A stretch of DNA of 64,000 nt from an uncultured Bdellovibrionales bacterium (GCA_964484505.1 CAZAFB010000006.1:14337-78336); one strand, 5' to 3'; shown: positions 38,868 to 50,312, counted from the first letter of the stretch. Made by a program: numbers and translations. The notes: generated by a model from the sequence alone, not told the origin.

Positions 38868-41339
38868 CTAAAACTTCTCAGCTAGTTTGACTCGCTCCAT
38901 GATTTCCCGGTTTACAATACGCGCATCGCGACCATAGGTCAAGCGCGACAATTCCTTGAGATACACCGCCAGCTTTTCGTCTCCCGGTGTTGGCGGATAT
39001 GTCTTCATACTGAACGGCTTGGAAAGTTCATTGTTAAGTAGAACTCTGGCAAAACAATTATAATTATCCACATTGACGATATCTTGCGCGCTGAAAACCG
39101 GAGAAAATTGCTTTTCCAAAAATTCCGCATCTTCCGGACCAACCCGGAATGAACACATTGAGCCGACGTTTCCAAAAACCGCTTTGGAAATTTCCTCACT
39201 GAGTTGACCAATGAACTGATGCGCAATCGTGAGAGACAAGCGATATTTGCGCGCCTCGGAAAGAATTTGCGAAATGGAATCCGTGGTCACATTCTGGAAT
39301 TCGTCGATGTAAAGATAAAAATCTTTTCGCTCATCTTCAGACATATCCACCCTTGAAAGTGCCGCCATCAAAATTTTGCCTACGATCACTAAACCGAGCA
39401 AATGGCTGTTTATCTCACCAATTTTTCCTTTGGACAAATTTACAATCAGGATCTTACCTTCATCCATGATCTTACGAAAATCAAGCGTGCTCTTTTGCTG
39501 CGCGATAATCGGGCGCATCATGTCATTGGAAATGAAAGTGGTAAGCTTGGAGGTGATATATGGAACCATGTTGGCCAAAGCCGCTTCCCCCCCAGCTTTT
39601 TCCGCTTCTTTGATCCAAAAGTCGCGCACCACCGGATTTTGACATTTGGTCAGTTTCATGCGGCGGAAATCCTCGTCCGCCAATACCTTGGAAATTTCCA
39701 TCAGCGTCGAACCTGATTCTGGGTCTTCCATAATAAGAAGCATGGCGTTACGCACATACTGCTCAAACATCGGCCCACCGGTTGCCTTGAGATCATAAAG
39801 GCGGTCGAAGATGTTGATCATTTCATTAATCACGAAAGTTTTTTCTTCTGGCCGTGAATATTCCAACATGTTCAATCCAAAAGGACGCTCCATGTCTGAA
39901 GGATCAAAATAAATCACGTCTTCGGCGCGCTCTTTGGGCACTGCCGCTAAAACATCCGTGGCAAAATCACCATGCGGATCAATCACGCAAACACCCTTAC
40001 CATTTCGCACATCTTGCTTGGCCATTTCCTTGAGCAGCACAGACTTACCCACACCGGTCTGACCAATCACATACATGTGTCTTCTTCTATCGCCATCCGT
40101 AAGTTTAATGTCAGTCTTAGTACCTCGATAATCATTATGTCCCAGTAAGATACCTTGCTGTGGAATATTAAGTGGTGGCGGAGCGGCACCTGCCTTGAGC
40201 CATTTTATCTTAGGGGTTTCAGTGGTTGAAATAGGAAAATGATAGAGACTGGAAATTTCTTCTGCATTTAAAATCATTGCGTGCTCCTCGTCAAAAGTAC
40301 GGAATATATAATCAAAAGATATCTTTTTTTCCTTGATACGTTTGGCTACTTTGAAATGGTTGGATTGAGCATATTCGAACTGAGCAAACGCATTCTCCAG
40401 ATGGGCTAAAATCTCATCGGCACGATGTTGATTCGCCGCTGAAGCAAGCAACCTTATGTTGACTGAAAAACCGGCCTTGTTCGTCTTACCTTCAATCGCT
40501 TTCACCAATTCTTGCTCTTCGGGCGTAAGTTGGACAGTTTGCGGCGCAAGAGGCTGGTGTTGCTGTCCACCCGATGAGCTTGTCAGAACTTTGAAAGATT
40601 CCTTAGCAATTTCCTTGGTCAGAGAATTGGTGTGCGCATCTTTGAGGCGTTTTCCCTGCTGCATGCGATGCGCAATCATCCTGCCGGAATTGCGCCATTC
40701 CGTCCCTGCCGGACGCAAAATAAGTTGCACGGCAGCTCCCTCCTCCACGGTTTCCAGTTTACTCAAAGCGTTGGAGAGCTCATTGAGCGGATCAATATCC
40801 ATACGCTCGTACGTCTGAATCGGCAGAGCATATTTTTCCTTAAGTTCCAACATTGCCGCAGATGTATACCCTCCTGGGGTAAAGATCGTATAATCGGAAA
40901 CTTTTTCCACCACCGCATGAGGGAAATAGCTGTGCACTTGTTTTTCAACACTTTCACGAAATTTGCGCGGCACGATCAGATAAAAGGAAATTTCTTCACT
41001 ATTGGAAGGATTGGCGATTTCCAAAGCTACGTGCGGATTGTCATAGAGAAAATAGCTGAAAATCGATTTTTTTTCTTTAATATTCGCCAAAGTGGTTAGT
41101 AGTTGTTCCATCGCGCCGATTTCATCCTTCCATGCTTGCGCATTTTGGGTCTGCTGGGAATGATCGCGATTTATTTTTGTCACCTTGACCACTTCGATGT
41201 CCATGTTGAGCGAACGATTTATCTGCGCTCGATAATGGAAAAAACTTCTCAGCACCAAAAGCACACCACTGATTATGGTTATAAATATTGTAGCGCCAGT
41301 AACCGGAACAAGAAATAAATTTAAATCAAACGTTTCCAT
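38868..41339 (-). CDS. VirB4/TraG/HerA-like secretion or DNA-transfer ATPase
   Basis: HMYVIGQTGVGKS, IDPHGD, LYIDEFQN, SEARKYRL..AHQ. Confidence 0.85.
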   Translation of the reverse strand: METFDLNLFLVPVTGATIFITIISGVLLVLRSFFHYRAQINRSLNMDIEVVKVTKINRDHSQQTQNAQAWKDEIGAMEQLLTTLANIKEKKSIFSYFLYDNPHVALEIANPSNSEEISFYLIVPRKFRESVEKQVHSYFPHAVVEKVSDYTIFTPGGYTSAAMLELKEKYALPIQTYERMDIDPLNELSNALSKLETVEEGAAVQLILRPAGTEWRNSGRMIAHRMQQGKRLKDAHTNSLTKEIAKESFKVLTSSSGGQQHQPLAPQTVQLTPEEQELVKAIEGKTNKAGFSVNIRLLASAANQHRADEILAHLENAFAQFEYAQSNHFKVAKRIKEKKISFDYIFRTFDEEHAMILNAEEISSLYHFPISTTETPKIKWLKAGAAPPPLNIPQQGILLGHNDYRGTKTDIKLTDGDRRRHMYVIGQTGVGKSVLLKEMAKQDVRNGKGVCVIDPHGDFATDVLAAVPKERAEDVIYFDPSDMERPFGLNMLEYSRPEEKTFVINEMINIFDRLYDLKATGGPMFEQYVRNAMLLIMEDPESGSTLMEISKVLADEDFRRMKLTKCQNPVVRDFWIKEAEKAGGEAALANMVPYITSKLTTFISNDMMRPIIAQQKSTLDFRKIMDEGKILIVNLSKGKIGEINSHLLGLVIVGKILMAALSRVDMSEDERKDFYLYIDEFQNVTTDSISQILSEARKYRLSLTIAHQFIGQLSEEISKAVFGNVGSMCSFRVGPEDAEFLEKQFSPVFSAQDIVNVDNYNCFARVLLNNELSKPFSMKTYPPTPGDEKLAVYLKELSRLTYGRDARIVNREIMERVKLAEKF

Positions 41340-41438
41340 TTTTGTTTTTCTTAAAAAGCGACTCCAACTTACCAATAGCACCCAAATGACCCGAATATAA
41401 AACGCCCGATAAGCGCACTAGCCCCTTTTTATTAATCC

Positions 41439-41566
41439 AGGACTTATGCGTTTGAATTTTCAAAATTTCAGCAAATATTGTTTTTTGCGCACTGCCGGCC
41501 GACCCGAGAGGGAAAGGCAAGCAAAAAATATATATTTGCTTGAAATTTATGCAAACGCATAACTCC
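41439..41566. repeat. ~125-bp palindromic MITE-like element, copy 1
   Basis: ends ttatgcgtttg...caaacgcataa; nested inverted repeats; second copy at 42510-42637. Confidence 0.75.
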
Positions 41567-41586
41567 CGTGATCATTGTTCGTTGTT

Positions 41587-42030
41587 TTAGATTTCTTTCA
41601 ACATGCCTTTTTTGACCAGGGCATCATGAAGCTCGTCCGCCATCATCTTGTCATGAAAAGCATCCAGCACATAATTGCTTTCCAAGTGTTTGGCCACATT
41701 TACCGCGTGTGTAATCCCTTTATTTATGGCTATATCCACCAAATGCTGCACTTGCGCCTCGGCGTCTGTTTTGTTCGCAACCTCGTCAGCATCTTGTTTT
41801 ACAGCGGCCACACCCAATGATTGCTGCTGAGTTTGAATTTTGGAAAGAATATTATTATAAGCACCGTCATGTTCAGCCGCCACAGTTTCTTGAGGCGCTT
41901 CTTTTTCCACTGCCACGGGCATTTGTTCAGTCTCATTGCCAGAACTTAAAACATTATCTTTTTTGAGATGCTTTTCCAAATTCAAATCATCTTCACTGAT
42001 CGGCTCTAGATTAGATTTAACTGGTTCCAT
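41587..42030 (-). CDS. hypothetical protein
   Basis: 147 aa; KGITHAVNVA...YVLDAFHD motif. Confidence 0.7.
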   Translation of the reverse strand: MEPVKSNLEPISEDDLNLEKHLKKDNVLSSGNETEQMPVAVEKEAPQETVAAEHDGAYNNILSKIQTQQQSLGVAAVKQDADEVANKTDAEAQVQHLVDIAINKGITHAVNVAKHLESNYVLDAFHDKMMADELHDALVKKGMLKEI

Positions 42031-42154
42031 AATATTTTCTACGAATTACGAACAAATACGAATGTACGAAAAAATTCTAATATTGAACTTCGTACTTTCG
42101 CAAAATTCTTACTTCGTAGAGATTAACGGTATTATTCGCGTATTAGTATAACAC

Positions 42155-42472
42155 TCATGCCTTAGCCTCCATCATTTCCTTCTTAAATTCATCGATTGTC
42201 TGTTGAATCATGTCTTCATAGTTGGGAATGCGCTGTTTGAAAAATTCCTGCGCTTCTTTCGGATCTATATTATCATTTTCCAGAAATTTTTCATACTCCG
42301 CGCGTCCTTCTTCGCCCAACTTCTCCATAGTTTCCACAAAAATACGTTTTAAGAGAACTTCGGTCATTTTGATGAGCAGCTCATTACGCTTGTCTTCCGG
42401 CAAAGTATCGATACCCATCTCCTTAACCAATTGATCCAAAGCTTGAGCTTGATCCGGCGTTATCTGATTCAT
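42155..42472 (-). CDS. small helical hypothetical protein (DUF5663-like)
   Basis: 105-aa acidic helical ORF with IPNYE motif. Confidence 0.65.
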   Translation of the reverse strand: MNQITPDQAQALDQLVKEMGIDTLPEDKRNELLIKMTEVLLKRIFVETMEKLGEEGRAEYEKFLENDNIDPKEAQEFFKQRIPNYEDMIQQTIDEFKKEMMEAKA

Positions 42473-42509
42473 AAATTTGTTTTGACTATAAATTATTTTT
42501 TATAAATTT

Positions 42510-42637
42510 AGGACTTACGCGTTTGAATTTTTTAAATTTCAGCAAATATTATTTTTTGCGCACTGCCGGCCGACCCGAGAGGGAAAGGCAAGCAAAAAAT
42601 ATATATTTGCTTGGAATTTAGGCAAACGTGTGACTCT
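42510..42637. repeat. ~125-bp palindromic MITE-like element, copy 2
   Basis: shares the core gcgcactgccggccgacccgagagggaaaggcaagcaaaaaatatatatttgctt with copy 1. Confidence 0.75.
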
Positions 42638-42712
42638 TAATTTGTAAAAGATTCACCCACCTTGACTCGCAAGATGACTTATTCATCGATGCAAGGCGGG
42701 TAATTAGTTTAA

Positions 42713-45253
42713 TTATTTACCCCTCTCCGCTGCTATCTTGGAAAGGCGCGCTATATAGTGGCCCATTTTTTCGCTGCCGCCTCCCTGCGGCTTGATAGCC
42801 TCCTTACCCAAAAGATTCTCGAATTTGCCCAACAATTTAGTCATGCGCGTTTTCATACCATATTGATTGATAGTATCTTTATATGAAGCATCCTTGATGG
42901 CTTGCCATTTGCCAAAATCACCTTTAGCAAGTTCTTTTGCCGAGGATTTGGTAATGTCATGAAAGGTATTACTCTTGGCTCCAATTTGCTCCAAAAATCT
43001 GGCATGCATTTCACGATCCGCCGCCAACACTGCAACACGATCAGCATCAGGCCCATGCAAATCAATGACTTGCTTGGGACCGAAATTTTCATCATGCAAA
43101 AACGTACCCCCTGGCGGCGCCACATGTCTGGACGCAGCTTCTTCCACGGCTCTGCCGGCAGCAGCCAAATCGCTCTTTGCCACCTCCATTTCTCCCGCAT
43201 ATGGATTGGCAGCATTAACTTCGTTCTCAAAATAACTGTCGTTAATGGCTTCCAGATTAACTGATGATACGCCAGATTGCGCATGCTCCACGCCTCCCGC
43301 ATGCGCGTGATGCACAATGCCCTTGAAGTCCAATTTATCAATCCTATATAATCCTTTATCGTCAACTGAAATATCAAAATTAGCAGATTTGATATGATTT
43401 AATTTATCAAAATCAATCTTGTTTTCCTCAGCATATTTCAACACCATCTTGTGAGCTTCCGCACCTGGATTTTTTATACCCAATTCTTTTAACTTACCGA
43501 TCAACGACCCTTCGATACTTTTGCCACTTTCCGCCGCCACTTCCAAATGTGTTCCCGCAGCTTTTGCAGCTTCAATAGTCGGCCCACTAACGACCTGCTT
43601 GGCAATTTCTCCTTGATGGGCAAGTTCATTCAGGCCAGCGTTGGCAACTGTTGGTCCTTGAGTTGGCAAATGCTCTGCAAAAGGCGACGGTACCGATTGT
43701 GGTTTAATAAATGAATTCGTAAGCGGAGTTTCCAACTTCGACTCACCAGGACCGAATATTTTTCCAATAAGTTGTCCCTTGGGAATTGCCATCTTTTCGC
43801 CTAAACAATCTGCAGCTGCTGCAGTAGCAGAACATCCCAATATCATTCCGCTGACCATGGCTATGCATTTATTTATATTCGATCTTCTTGTGTGCCTTCT
43901 ATATTTTTCATCAATTTCATCAATCTTGTCGTTCAATTTATCTTGAAGTTTTTCAAAATCAACAGAATTATTTTCTTCCACAGCACCGAAGGCAAATTCG
44001 TTCTTTTCCTTGTAATTTTTCGCTTGATCAAACATATGCGCAATTTTATCTATATGCGCACCACCAACAGAGGCCATCATGAAGGCTCCCCAAATTCTTC
44101 TTGCAGCGATTAAGGCCGTAGCTCCTGTAGCAAATACCGTTCCGGCTATGCCCAACTTTACTTGCCAAGGAAGTTTATTATATTTCTCAGCAATCACTGC
44201 GGATCCGAGTTTGAAACTATCCCAAATATATTTTCCCTTACTTTTTCCTTCTTTCTCTGCAAGGTATGCCATTTTCGCTTCCGTGCGAGCATCATACAAA
44301 CTTAAAAACTCTTTACAATTTACTGTGGTATAAAGCTCCGCAATAGCATCTTTAAGCTCCAATCCATTTTTGCCGCTTTCTTCAAGTTTTTTAACCTCTG
44401 AATTTATATATTCTTTTAAAGAAGTCTTATACGCTGAACGAGCTTCTCCAACCTCCGGACTTTCTTTGTCGCTTCCTAGACTAAAGAACTTTTTTATAGG
44501 TCCCCAGCTTTGTCTGTTCCTAAATTCCAGATCGGCAAAGTCATTTCTGTTCTCTTCAACTTTCTCCAAAAGCGGATTCTTCTTTTTCTCTTCCTTATTA
44601 TCAGCCCCAACAATCTCAGCTTTTTCCTTATTTTTTTCAAATTCTTCGCGATCACGCTTGGTCTGTTCATCCACAGATACTTCTTCAGCATCTACGATGC
44701 CATTTTCCTCCTCCTTCTCCCTATCATCATATTTCTTATATTCCTTATTCCACTCACGCATTGCTGCCAAAATTGCGTCGTTGGATTTCTGCCTATATTC
44801 TTCAACTTGCTCTTTTTCCTCGACAGAAAGGCTATTTATAATTTCCCTCACTTTATCGTTACCAAGCCCCAAGGTTACATCAATGTCAATAAGCGGACCA
44901 CCAGCAGTAAAAGGGCGGGCATTTATTCCTTTAATTATCTCATCTGCAAGATTTGTAAATGGATTTTCCTTTTTCTCAGCTTTCTCTTCTTTAGCAGAAT
45001 CAACCAAACTAATCTCGGGTTCATCTTTTTGAGATAATTCAACTACAGCTTCGGGCGAATTTCCCAAACCGCTATTTCCACCAAAATTCTGCAACGATAA
45101 ACTATCTACCCCATCAACAGACGACGAAACAACCGCAGGTTCATCCGGTTTATTTTCAGAAGCCTTCAGCGCGGCCAATGCGGACTCTCTTCGCGCAGCC
45201 ATCTTTTTTTTAGTTTCCTCCCTTAAAGGAATTTCGCTTATATTGTCAGTCAT
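42713..45253 (-). CDS. large hypothetical protein with central hydrophobic segments
   Basis: ~846-aa ORF, coiled-coil-rich N-terminal half. Confidence 0.7.
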   Translation of the reverse strand: MTDNISEIPLREETKKKMAARRESALAALKASENKPDEPAVVSSSVDGVDSLSLQNFGGNSGLGNSPEAVVELSQKDEPEISLVDSAKEEKAEKKENPFTNLADEIIKGINARPFTAGGPLIDIDVTLGLGNDKVREIINSLSVEEKEQVEEYRQKSNDAILAAMREWNKEYKKYDDREKEEENGIVDAEEVSVDEQTKRDREEFEKNKEKAEIVGADNKEEKKKNPLLEKVEENRNDFADLEFRNRQSWGPIKKFFSLGSDKESPEVGEARSAYKTSLKEYINSEVKKLEESGKNGLELKDAIAELYTTVNCKEFLSLYDARTEAKMAYLAEKEGKSKGKYIWDSFKLGSAVIAEKYNKLPWQVKLGIAGTVFATGATALIAARRIWGAFMMASVGGAHIDKIAHMFDQAKNYKEKNEFAFGAVEENNSVDFEKLQDKLNDKIDEIDEKYRRHTRRSNINKCIAMVSGMILGCSATAAAADCLGEKMAIPKGQLIGKIFGPGESKLETPLTNSFIKPQSVPSPFAEHLPTQGPTVANAGLNELAHQGEIAKQVVSGPTIEAAKAAGTHLEVAAESGKSIEGSLIGKLKELGIKNPGAEAHKMVLKYAEENKIDFDKLNHIKSANFDISVDDKGLYRIDKLDFKGIVHHAHAGGVEHAQSGVSSVNLEAINDSYFENEVNAANPYAGEMEVAKSDLAAAGRAVEEAASRHVAPPGGTFLHDENFGPKQVIDLHGPDADRVAVLAADREMHARFLEQIGAKSNTFHDITKSSAKELAKGDFGKWQAIKDASYKDTINQYGMKTRMTKLLGKFENLLGKEAIKPQGGGSEKMGHYIARLSKIAAERGK

Positions 45254-45287
45254 TTTCAAAATTTACATTTTTCATTTCAAAACATGC

Positions 45288-46577
45288 TCACTTAGCGCCA
45301 ACATTTTTTTCTGCTATAATCTTTTTCAATATTCTCTTAGTCCCTTTTTCAGCAAAAGCGTCGATTGAAACAGTTTGCTCACCCAAAGCAATCTCCTGCG
45401 CTTTATTTGCATAATATTCCCTAATCAGCATAAACGCCTCCGCCCTCATCAACCCGATAATCACTTGCTTTCGAGGAAATTCGAAAGGATATTTTTCCCT
45501 AAGTCCTTCATCATTTTCAAGATCCTCTCTGATTCCTTTGATATAATCCATAAGAAAATTCTCTTGTTCGGCACTCATTTCAAAAATATTTTCCAGGTCA
45601 TTTTCCTGATTTTTTGGCACTATATACGTTTCACCTTCTACGACGACCAATTTATCGAGATTTTTTTCATCATTAACGTTTTCAGCACTGGTAAAAACCT
45701 GATTGTAGTAATCTTCTTCTTCATTAGAAGATTTATCATCATGCTCTTGCTCCAAATATTTAATACAATATTCAAAAAGATCTCTGTAATCAAAAGCATA
45801 ATCAGACTTGCCCACTTCTCCTTTCTTATTAGTGTGTTCTCCTATAACTCCATATGCTTTTTCAAATTGTTCAACGGTCATCTCTTCAATTCCACTTATG
45901 GCCTTTTCTAAAACAAGTCTATTTCCTTCCAAAGCAACGTCTCCATTTGCAGCCGCCTTTTCAATATTGCTATTTTTGTATTCAGAAAATTTTTTATTCA
46001 CTATTCTTTGGATATTTTCCTTATCAGCTTCAGCAAGATCAACCTCGATTCCATCAATCGTGATTTTTTCGCATAAATTCTTCAATAAATTAACACCATA
46101 TTCACCTCCATATTGCTTGACTTCCTGAAGATAATTATCCGCCAAAATCTCTCTGCCGCTCTCGGGCCATTTATCATTTTCACCACTATCAGCAATAGCC
46201 TGGTCAATAGCGATCCTTATTTCCGCAAGAACCTTCCTTTCGGCAAGCTCAAATACTTCTTTCATGCCCATTCCTTCTTTGCCTCCATCAACTTCGACAC
46301 TGCTAGCATCTTCCAATTTTCCATCAACAATTTTACCTTTTTCAATAGATTCTCCAATCGCATCCAGAACTTTTCCTAATTTATTTTCCTCTTTTGGCAC
46401 ATCAAAATCAGCCCCAGCGGCACCCAAACTTTTTGACTTATCTATCTCATATTCTTCATCGGCGTTTTTTCTCATTCTGCTTTTGCCAGTATTTTTTTTA
46501 GTTTTTTCTTTTTTACCTCTCTTTCCTTCAACCGCCCATCTTCCCTCATTACTAAGTTGTGATTTTGCTTTTGCCAT
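45288..46577 (-). CDS. acidic hypothetical protein
   Basis: 429-aa ORF, same strand as neighbours. Confidence 0.65.
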   Translation of the reverse strand: MAKAKSQLSNEGRWAVEGKRGKKEKTKKNTGKSRMRKNADEEYEIDKSKSLGAAGADFDVPKEENKLGKVLDAIGESIEKGKIVDGKLEDASSVEVDGGKEGMGMKEVFELAERKVLAEIRIAIDQAIADSGENDKWPESGREILADNYLQEVKQYGGEYGVNLLKNLCEKITIDGIEVDLAEADKENIQRIVNKKFSEYKNSNIEKAAANGDVALEGNRLVLEKAISGIEEMTVEQFEKAYGVIGEHTNKKGEVGKSDYAFDYRDLFEYCIKYLEQEHDDKSSNEEEDYYNQVFTSAENVNDEKNLDKLVVVEGETYIVPKNQENDLENIFEMSAEQENFLMDYIKGIREDLENDEGLREKYPFEFPRKQVIIGLMRAEAFMLIREYYANKAQEIALGEQTVSIDAFAEKGTKRILKKIIAEKNVGAK

Positions 46578-46843
46578 ATAAATTTATTATTCAAACACCA
46601 AATAAACCTACTTCGATTCAAAATTTCGTAGATTCATATCGCATTCGTAGTTTCGTATCGGCTTGCAATAATTATACCATAAAAAAATTCCATCCGCACA
46701 AAATTTATCCTTGTGCATAACCCCGCCCTTGTGGAATATTGCACAAAAATATGGTAATATCAAAGTATAAAGAAATTACCTGGCATTACGATTTATATAT
46801 TCGTATACTTGTATATATTCGTAATTTGTAGGGAAAAACAAAA

Positions 46844-48460
46844 ATGGAAAACCTAAAAAAAATTGCGCCTTGGATCCTTGCCCTCCTGATCTTTGGTGCT
46901 GCGCTCTTTTTGAGAGCATATGACATCGACAATATCCCTGCCGGACTATATCCTGACGAAGCAGTCAACGGCATCGACGCCCTCAAAGCAAATGCCACCG
47001 AGGATTACAAACTTTTTTATGAAAACAATTACGGCCGTGAGGGATTATTCATAAACCTGCAAGCATTCACCATCAAGATTTTCGGTAACACCATCTTCGG
47101 ACTAAAATTCTGGTCGATTCTTTTCGGCGCTTTGACCGCTTTCGGCGTGTTTCTGCTTGCCAAAGAACTGTTCAAAAGCACCCGTGCCGGACTTATCGCT
47201 TCCTATTTCACTGCCTTCTCATATTGGGCGATCAATTTTTCCCGCATAGGCTTCCGCGCCAACATGGTTCCGTTAATTTTGACTTTCACTTTCTATTTTC
47301 TTTTTAGGGGTTTGCGTACCAAAAAATATAGCGATTTCATTTTCTCCGGTCTCATTTTCGGTCTGGGTGTGCATACCTACATCGCTTTCCGCGTTTCACC
47401 TTTGGTCATGGTAACGCTTTTAGCAGCATTGATCATATCATATGAAAATTTCTTGAAGACCTATTGGCGACACATCCTTGTCTTTACCATAGCAATGATG
47501 ATTACTGCGGCGCCTATGCTTTTAGACTTTTTCTATTTCCATCCGGAACACTATGCTTCCCGTACTGGCGGCATAAGCGTGCTTAATCCCGACGTAAACA
47601 AGGGAAACCTCTTGGGAACTTTGGTTAAAACTTTCGGACTTTCTCTAGCCAAATACAACTTCTGGGGAGACCAGAATTGGCGTCACAACTATCCACCCTA
47701 TCCAATTTTGAACCCACTGGTCGGCATCTCCTTCCTGATCGGACTTATTTATATTATCGTGAAGATTGTACGCCTATTCTGGCTCAGGTTTGTTGAAAAA
47801 ATCCGCGATGAAAAACTCGCCATCTACATTTTCTTGCTTGCCTGGCTAATCGTTTTGCTCATCCCGGAATTTCTAGCCTACGAAGGCAATCCGCACGCCC
47901 TGCGCGCCATCGGCACAATACCTGTTGTATTCATTATTGCCACTATCCCTGTGCTTTGGATTTTGGCCAGGACCAAGGAATACGGCATGGGCTTCAAATC
48001 TTTTGCTGTTGCAATTTTATTGGGATCCTTCATTTTTGTCGGCCTTTTTGATCCTATCAAATATTTTGTCTTTTTCGGCAATAATCCCAACCATTATGCA
48101 TCATTCGAATCAAAGTTCACTTACATGGCAAAGTATCTGATAGCTCTTCCGCCGGAAACGAAAAAATATGTCATTGCCAACGCGGGAGGTAAGGAAATGA
48201 ATGATGAATTACCAGTAACAGCAGAACCGATCAAATATCTTACTGCAGGAAAAGTTCAAAACATCTCTTTTTTGGTGAAAGGAATCGATTCCAGCTGCAA
48301 TTTCCTACCTGAACTAAAAAATCCTTCAGAAGTGATCCTGATGAAATATGACCAAGCAATTGTAAACCAACTGAAATTAAACTATCCGAATTCCTCTGTT
48401 GAAAGAATAGACTATGCGCCCGGCAAGCAATCCGATTTCATCGTAATCCATATTAAGTAA
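46844..48460 (+). CDS. GT39/ArnT-like membrane glycosyltransferase
   Basis: GLYPDEA motif after the first TM; many TM helices. Confidence 0.85.
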   Translation: MENLKKIAPWILALLIFGAALFLRAYDIDNIPAGLYPDEAVNGIDALKANATEDYKLFYENNYGREGLFINLQAFTIKIFGNTIFGLKFWSILFGALTAFGVFLLAKELFKSTRAGLIASYFTAFSYWAINFSRIGFRANMVPLILTFTFYFLFRGLRTKKYSDFIFSGLIFGLGVHTYIAFRVSPLVMVTLLAALIISYENFLKTYWRHILVFTIAMMITAAPMLLDFFYFHPEHYASRTGGISVLNPDVNKGNLLGTLVKTFGLSLAKYNFWGDQNWRHNYPPYPILNPLVGISFLIGLIYIIVKIVRLFWLRFVEKIRDEKLAIYIFLLAWLIVLLIPEFLAYEGNPHALRAIGTIPVVFIIATIPVLWILARTKEYGMGFKSFAVAILLGSFIFVGLFDPIKYFVFFGNNPNHYASFESKFTYMAKYLIALPPETKKYVIANAGGKEMNDELPVTAEPIKYLTAGKVQNISFLVKGIDSSCNFLPELKNPSEVILMKYDQAIVNQLKLNYPNSSVERIDYAPGKQSDFIVIHIK

Positions 48461-48482
48461 TAAAATAATTAACAATAAAAAA

Positions 48483-50312
48483 ATGCAAAGAATCAAGAAA
48501 TTCGCGCCGTATATTGTAGGTGCAATCCTGACGGCCTTTATTGCCATTTCCCTGGTTGTATCCCGTCAAGAATCGACGACCATGGATGAACAAGCACACA
48601 TCCCCTCGGGATATAGCTACGTCAAATATCACGACATGCGACTTAACCCAGAACACCCGCCATTGCTAAAAGACTTGGCAGGAATACCCTTGCAATTTCT
48701 CGACGTTAATTTCCCGACAGACGATCCTCAATGGACCGAAGGCGTGAATGCCCAATGGTATATGGGCAACACCTTCCTGCACACCAATGACGCAGATGCA
48801 ATCACTTTTTGGTCTCGTTTCCCAATAATCCTCGTCGGTGCACTGCTTGGTTTCTTTATGTTCCGCTGGACCCGCGAAATGGCCGGAACAGCAGCAGGTC
48901 TGATAGCTCTCACTCTTTATGCTTTCAATCCAAACATTCTGGGTCACAGTCATTATGTGACCACAGACATTGGAATCGCAGCCTTTATTTTCATTTCGTT
49001 CTATTATTTCGTCCACTTCGTCAAGCGCCCTTCTTGGAAAAACACCCTTCTTGCTGGAATCTTTTTGGGAATTGCCCAGTTGACAAAATTTTCGGCAGTC
49101 ATGCTATTTCCAATGTTCGGCTTGATAATCACTATCTATGCTTTCGCCCAGAAAAAACCGGACAATGACCCGACTCCGCAATGGAAATATTCCCTAAAGA
49201 AATTTTTTGAATATGTCTTGAAATATGCCGTAGCTGTCGTTATCTGTTTCATCTTAATTTGGGTGCTGTATGTATACAACACCATTTCCATGCCACCTGA
49301 GAAACTTCACGACATTTCCAATTACGTCTTCAGTGATAAGGGAGCTGGAAAATATGCCAAAGCTTTCGTGATCTATACCAGCAACATCCCCGTACTCAAA
49401 CCGCTTAGCGAATATTTCCTGGGAGTGTTCATGGTCTTCATCCGCGTCACCGGAGGAAACACCTTCTACTTCCTTGGGGAAGTTTCCAATCACGCCTCAA
49501 AGGCATATTTCCCTGTCGTTTATCTGATCAAGGAAACTTTGCCAATGCTTTTGCTTTTGCTTTCGGGACTACTCATCACAATTTGGCAATTCGCAAAACA
49601 CGTAGCTGCAGCTCAAGGAAATATCCTGAAAAAAGTATGGTCGGTAATTCTCAACTATCTGAGAACTGGCGTGGCTCAATATTCCATGATCGGTTTCGTC
49701 TTGCTATATGCCTACGTAAGCATTACCGGCAATCTGAATATCGGTTTCAGACATCTTTTCCCAATTTTGCCATTCTTATACCTCCTCTCTGCTAAAAAAA
49801 TATTTGAGTTCCTGCGTTCCCTTTCAACTCCAACCAAAAAAGTAGCCTACGCCGCTTTCGGCGTCATCATGGTATGGGTGATCCTTGAACCTATCATCTT
49901 CTTTCCAAGTTACATGTCTTATTTCAATGAACTTGTAGGTGGTCCCAAAAACGGCTACCAATACGTCACAGATTCAAATGCCGACTGGGGACAAGATCTT
50001 AAGAGACTGCGCAATTGGGTTGCCCAATACGATTCGGAACATCCGGATGCCCCTATTGATAAAATTCGTGTCGATTATTTTGGAGGCTCCAACCCCCAAT
50101 ACTATTTCGGAGACAGATATGTTTCCTGGCATGCCGACCTCGCGCCGGAAGCTGGCTGGTATGCAATCTCCGTCGGATTCCTGCAAGAAAGCACCCACAA
50201 GCAAAAGAATCCGGGTGACATGAGTTATGACTGGATCCTCAATTACACTCCGGTTACCAGAGTCGGTGATTCCATCTTCGTCTACTACATCCCTGAAACT
50301 CCGCAGTTGTAA
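48483..50312 (+). CDS. GT39/ArnT-like membrane glycosyltransferase
   Basis: TMDEQAHI, NPEHPPLLK, VTTD, DSNADWGQD. Confidence 0.85.
   Translation: MQRIKKFAPYIVGAILTAFIAISLVVSRQESTTMDEQAHIPSGYSYVKYHDMRLNPEHPPLLKDLAGIPLQFLDVNFPTDDPQWTEGVNAQWYMGNTFLHTNDADAITFWSRFPIILVGALLGFFMFRWTREMAGTAAGLIALTLYAFNPNILGHSHYVTTDIGIAAFIFISFYYFVHFVKRPSWKNTLLAGIFLGIAQLTKFSAVMLFPMFGLIITIYAFAQKKPDNDPTPQWKYSLKKFFEYVLKYAVAVVICFILIWVLYVYNTISMPPEKLHDISNYVFSDKGAGKYAKAFVIYTSNIPVLKPLSEYFLGVFMVFIRVTGGNTFYFLGEVSNHASKAYFPVVYLIKETLPMLLLLLSGLLITIWQFAKHVAAAQGNILKKVWSVILNYLRTGVAQYSMIGFVLLYAYVSITGNLNIGFRHLFPILPFLYLLSAKKIFEFLRSLSTPTKKVAYAAFGVIMVWVILEPIIFFPSYMSYFNELVGGPKNGYQYVTDSNADWGQDLKRLRNWVAQYDSEHPDAPIDKIRVDYFGGSNPQYYFGDRYVSWHADLAPEAGWYAISVGFLQESTHKQKNPGDMSYDWILNYTPVTRVGDSIFVYYIPETPQL

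Noticed and set aside
38868-41339. Conjugative element
   Set aside because: No relaxase, other T4SS genes or att sites are visible; the ATPase sits among chromosomal genes.
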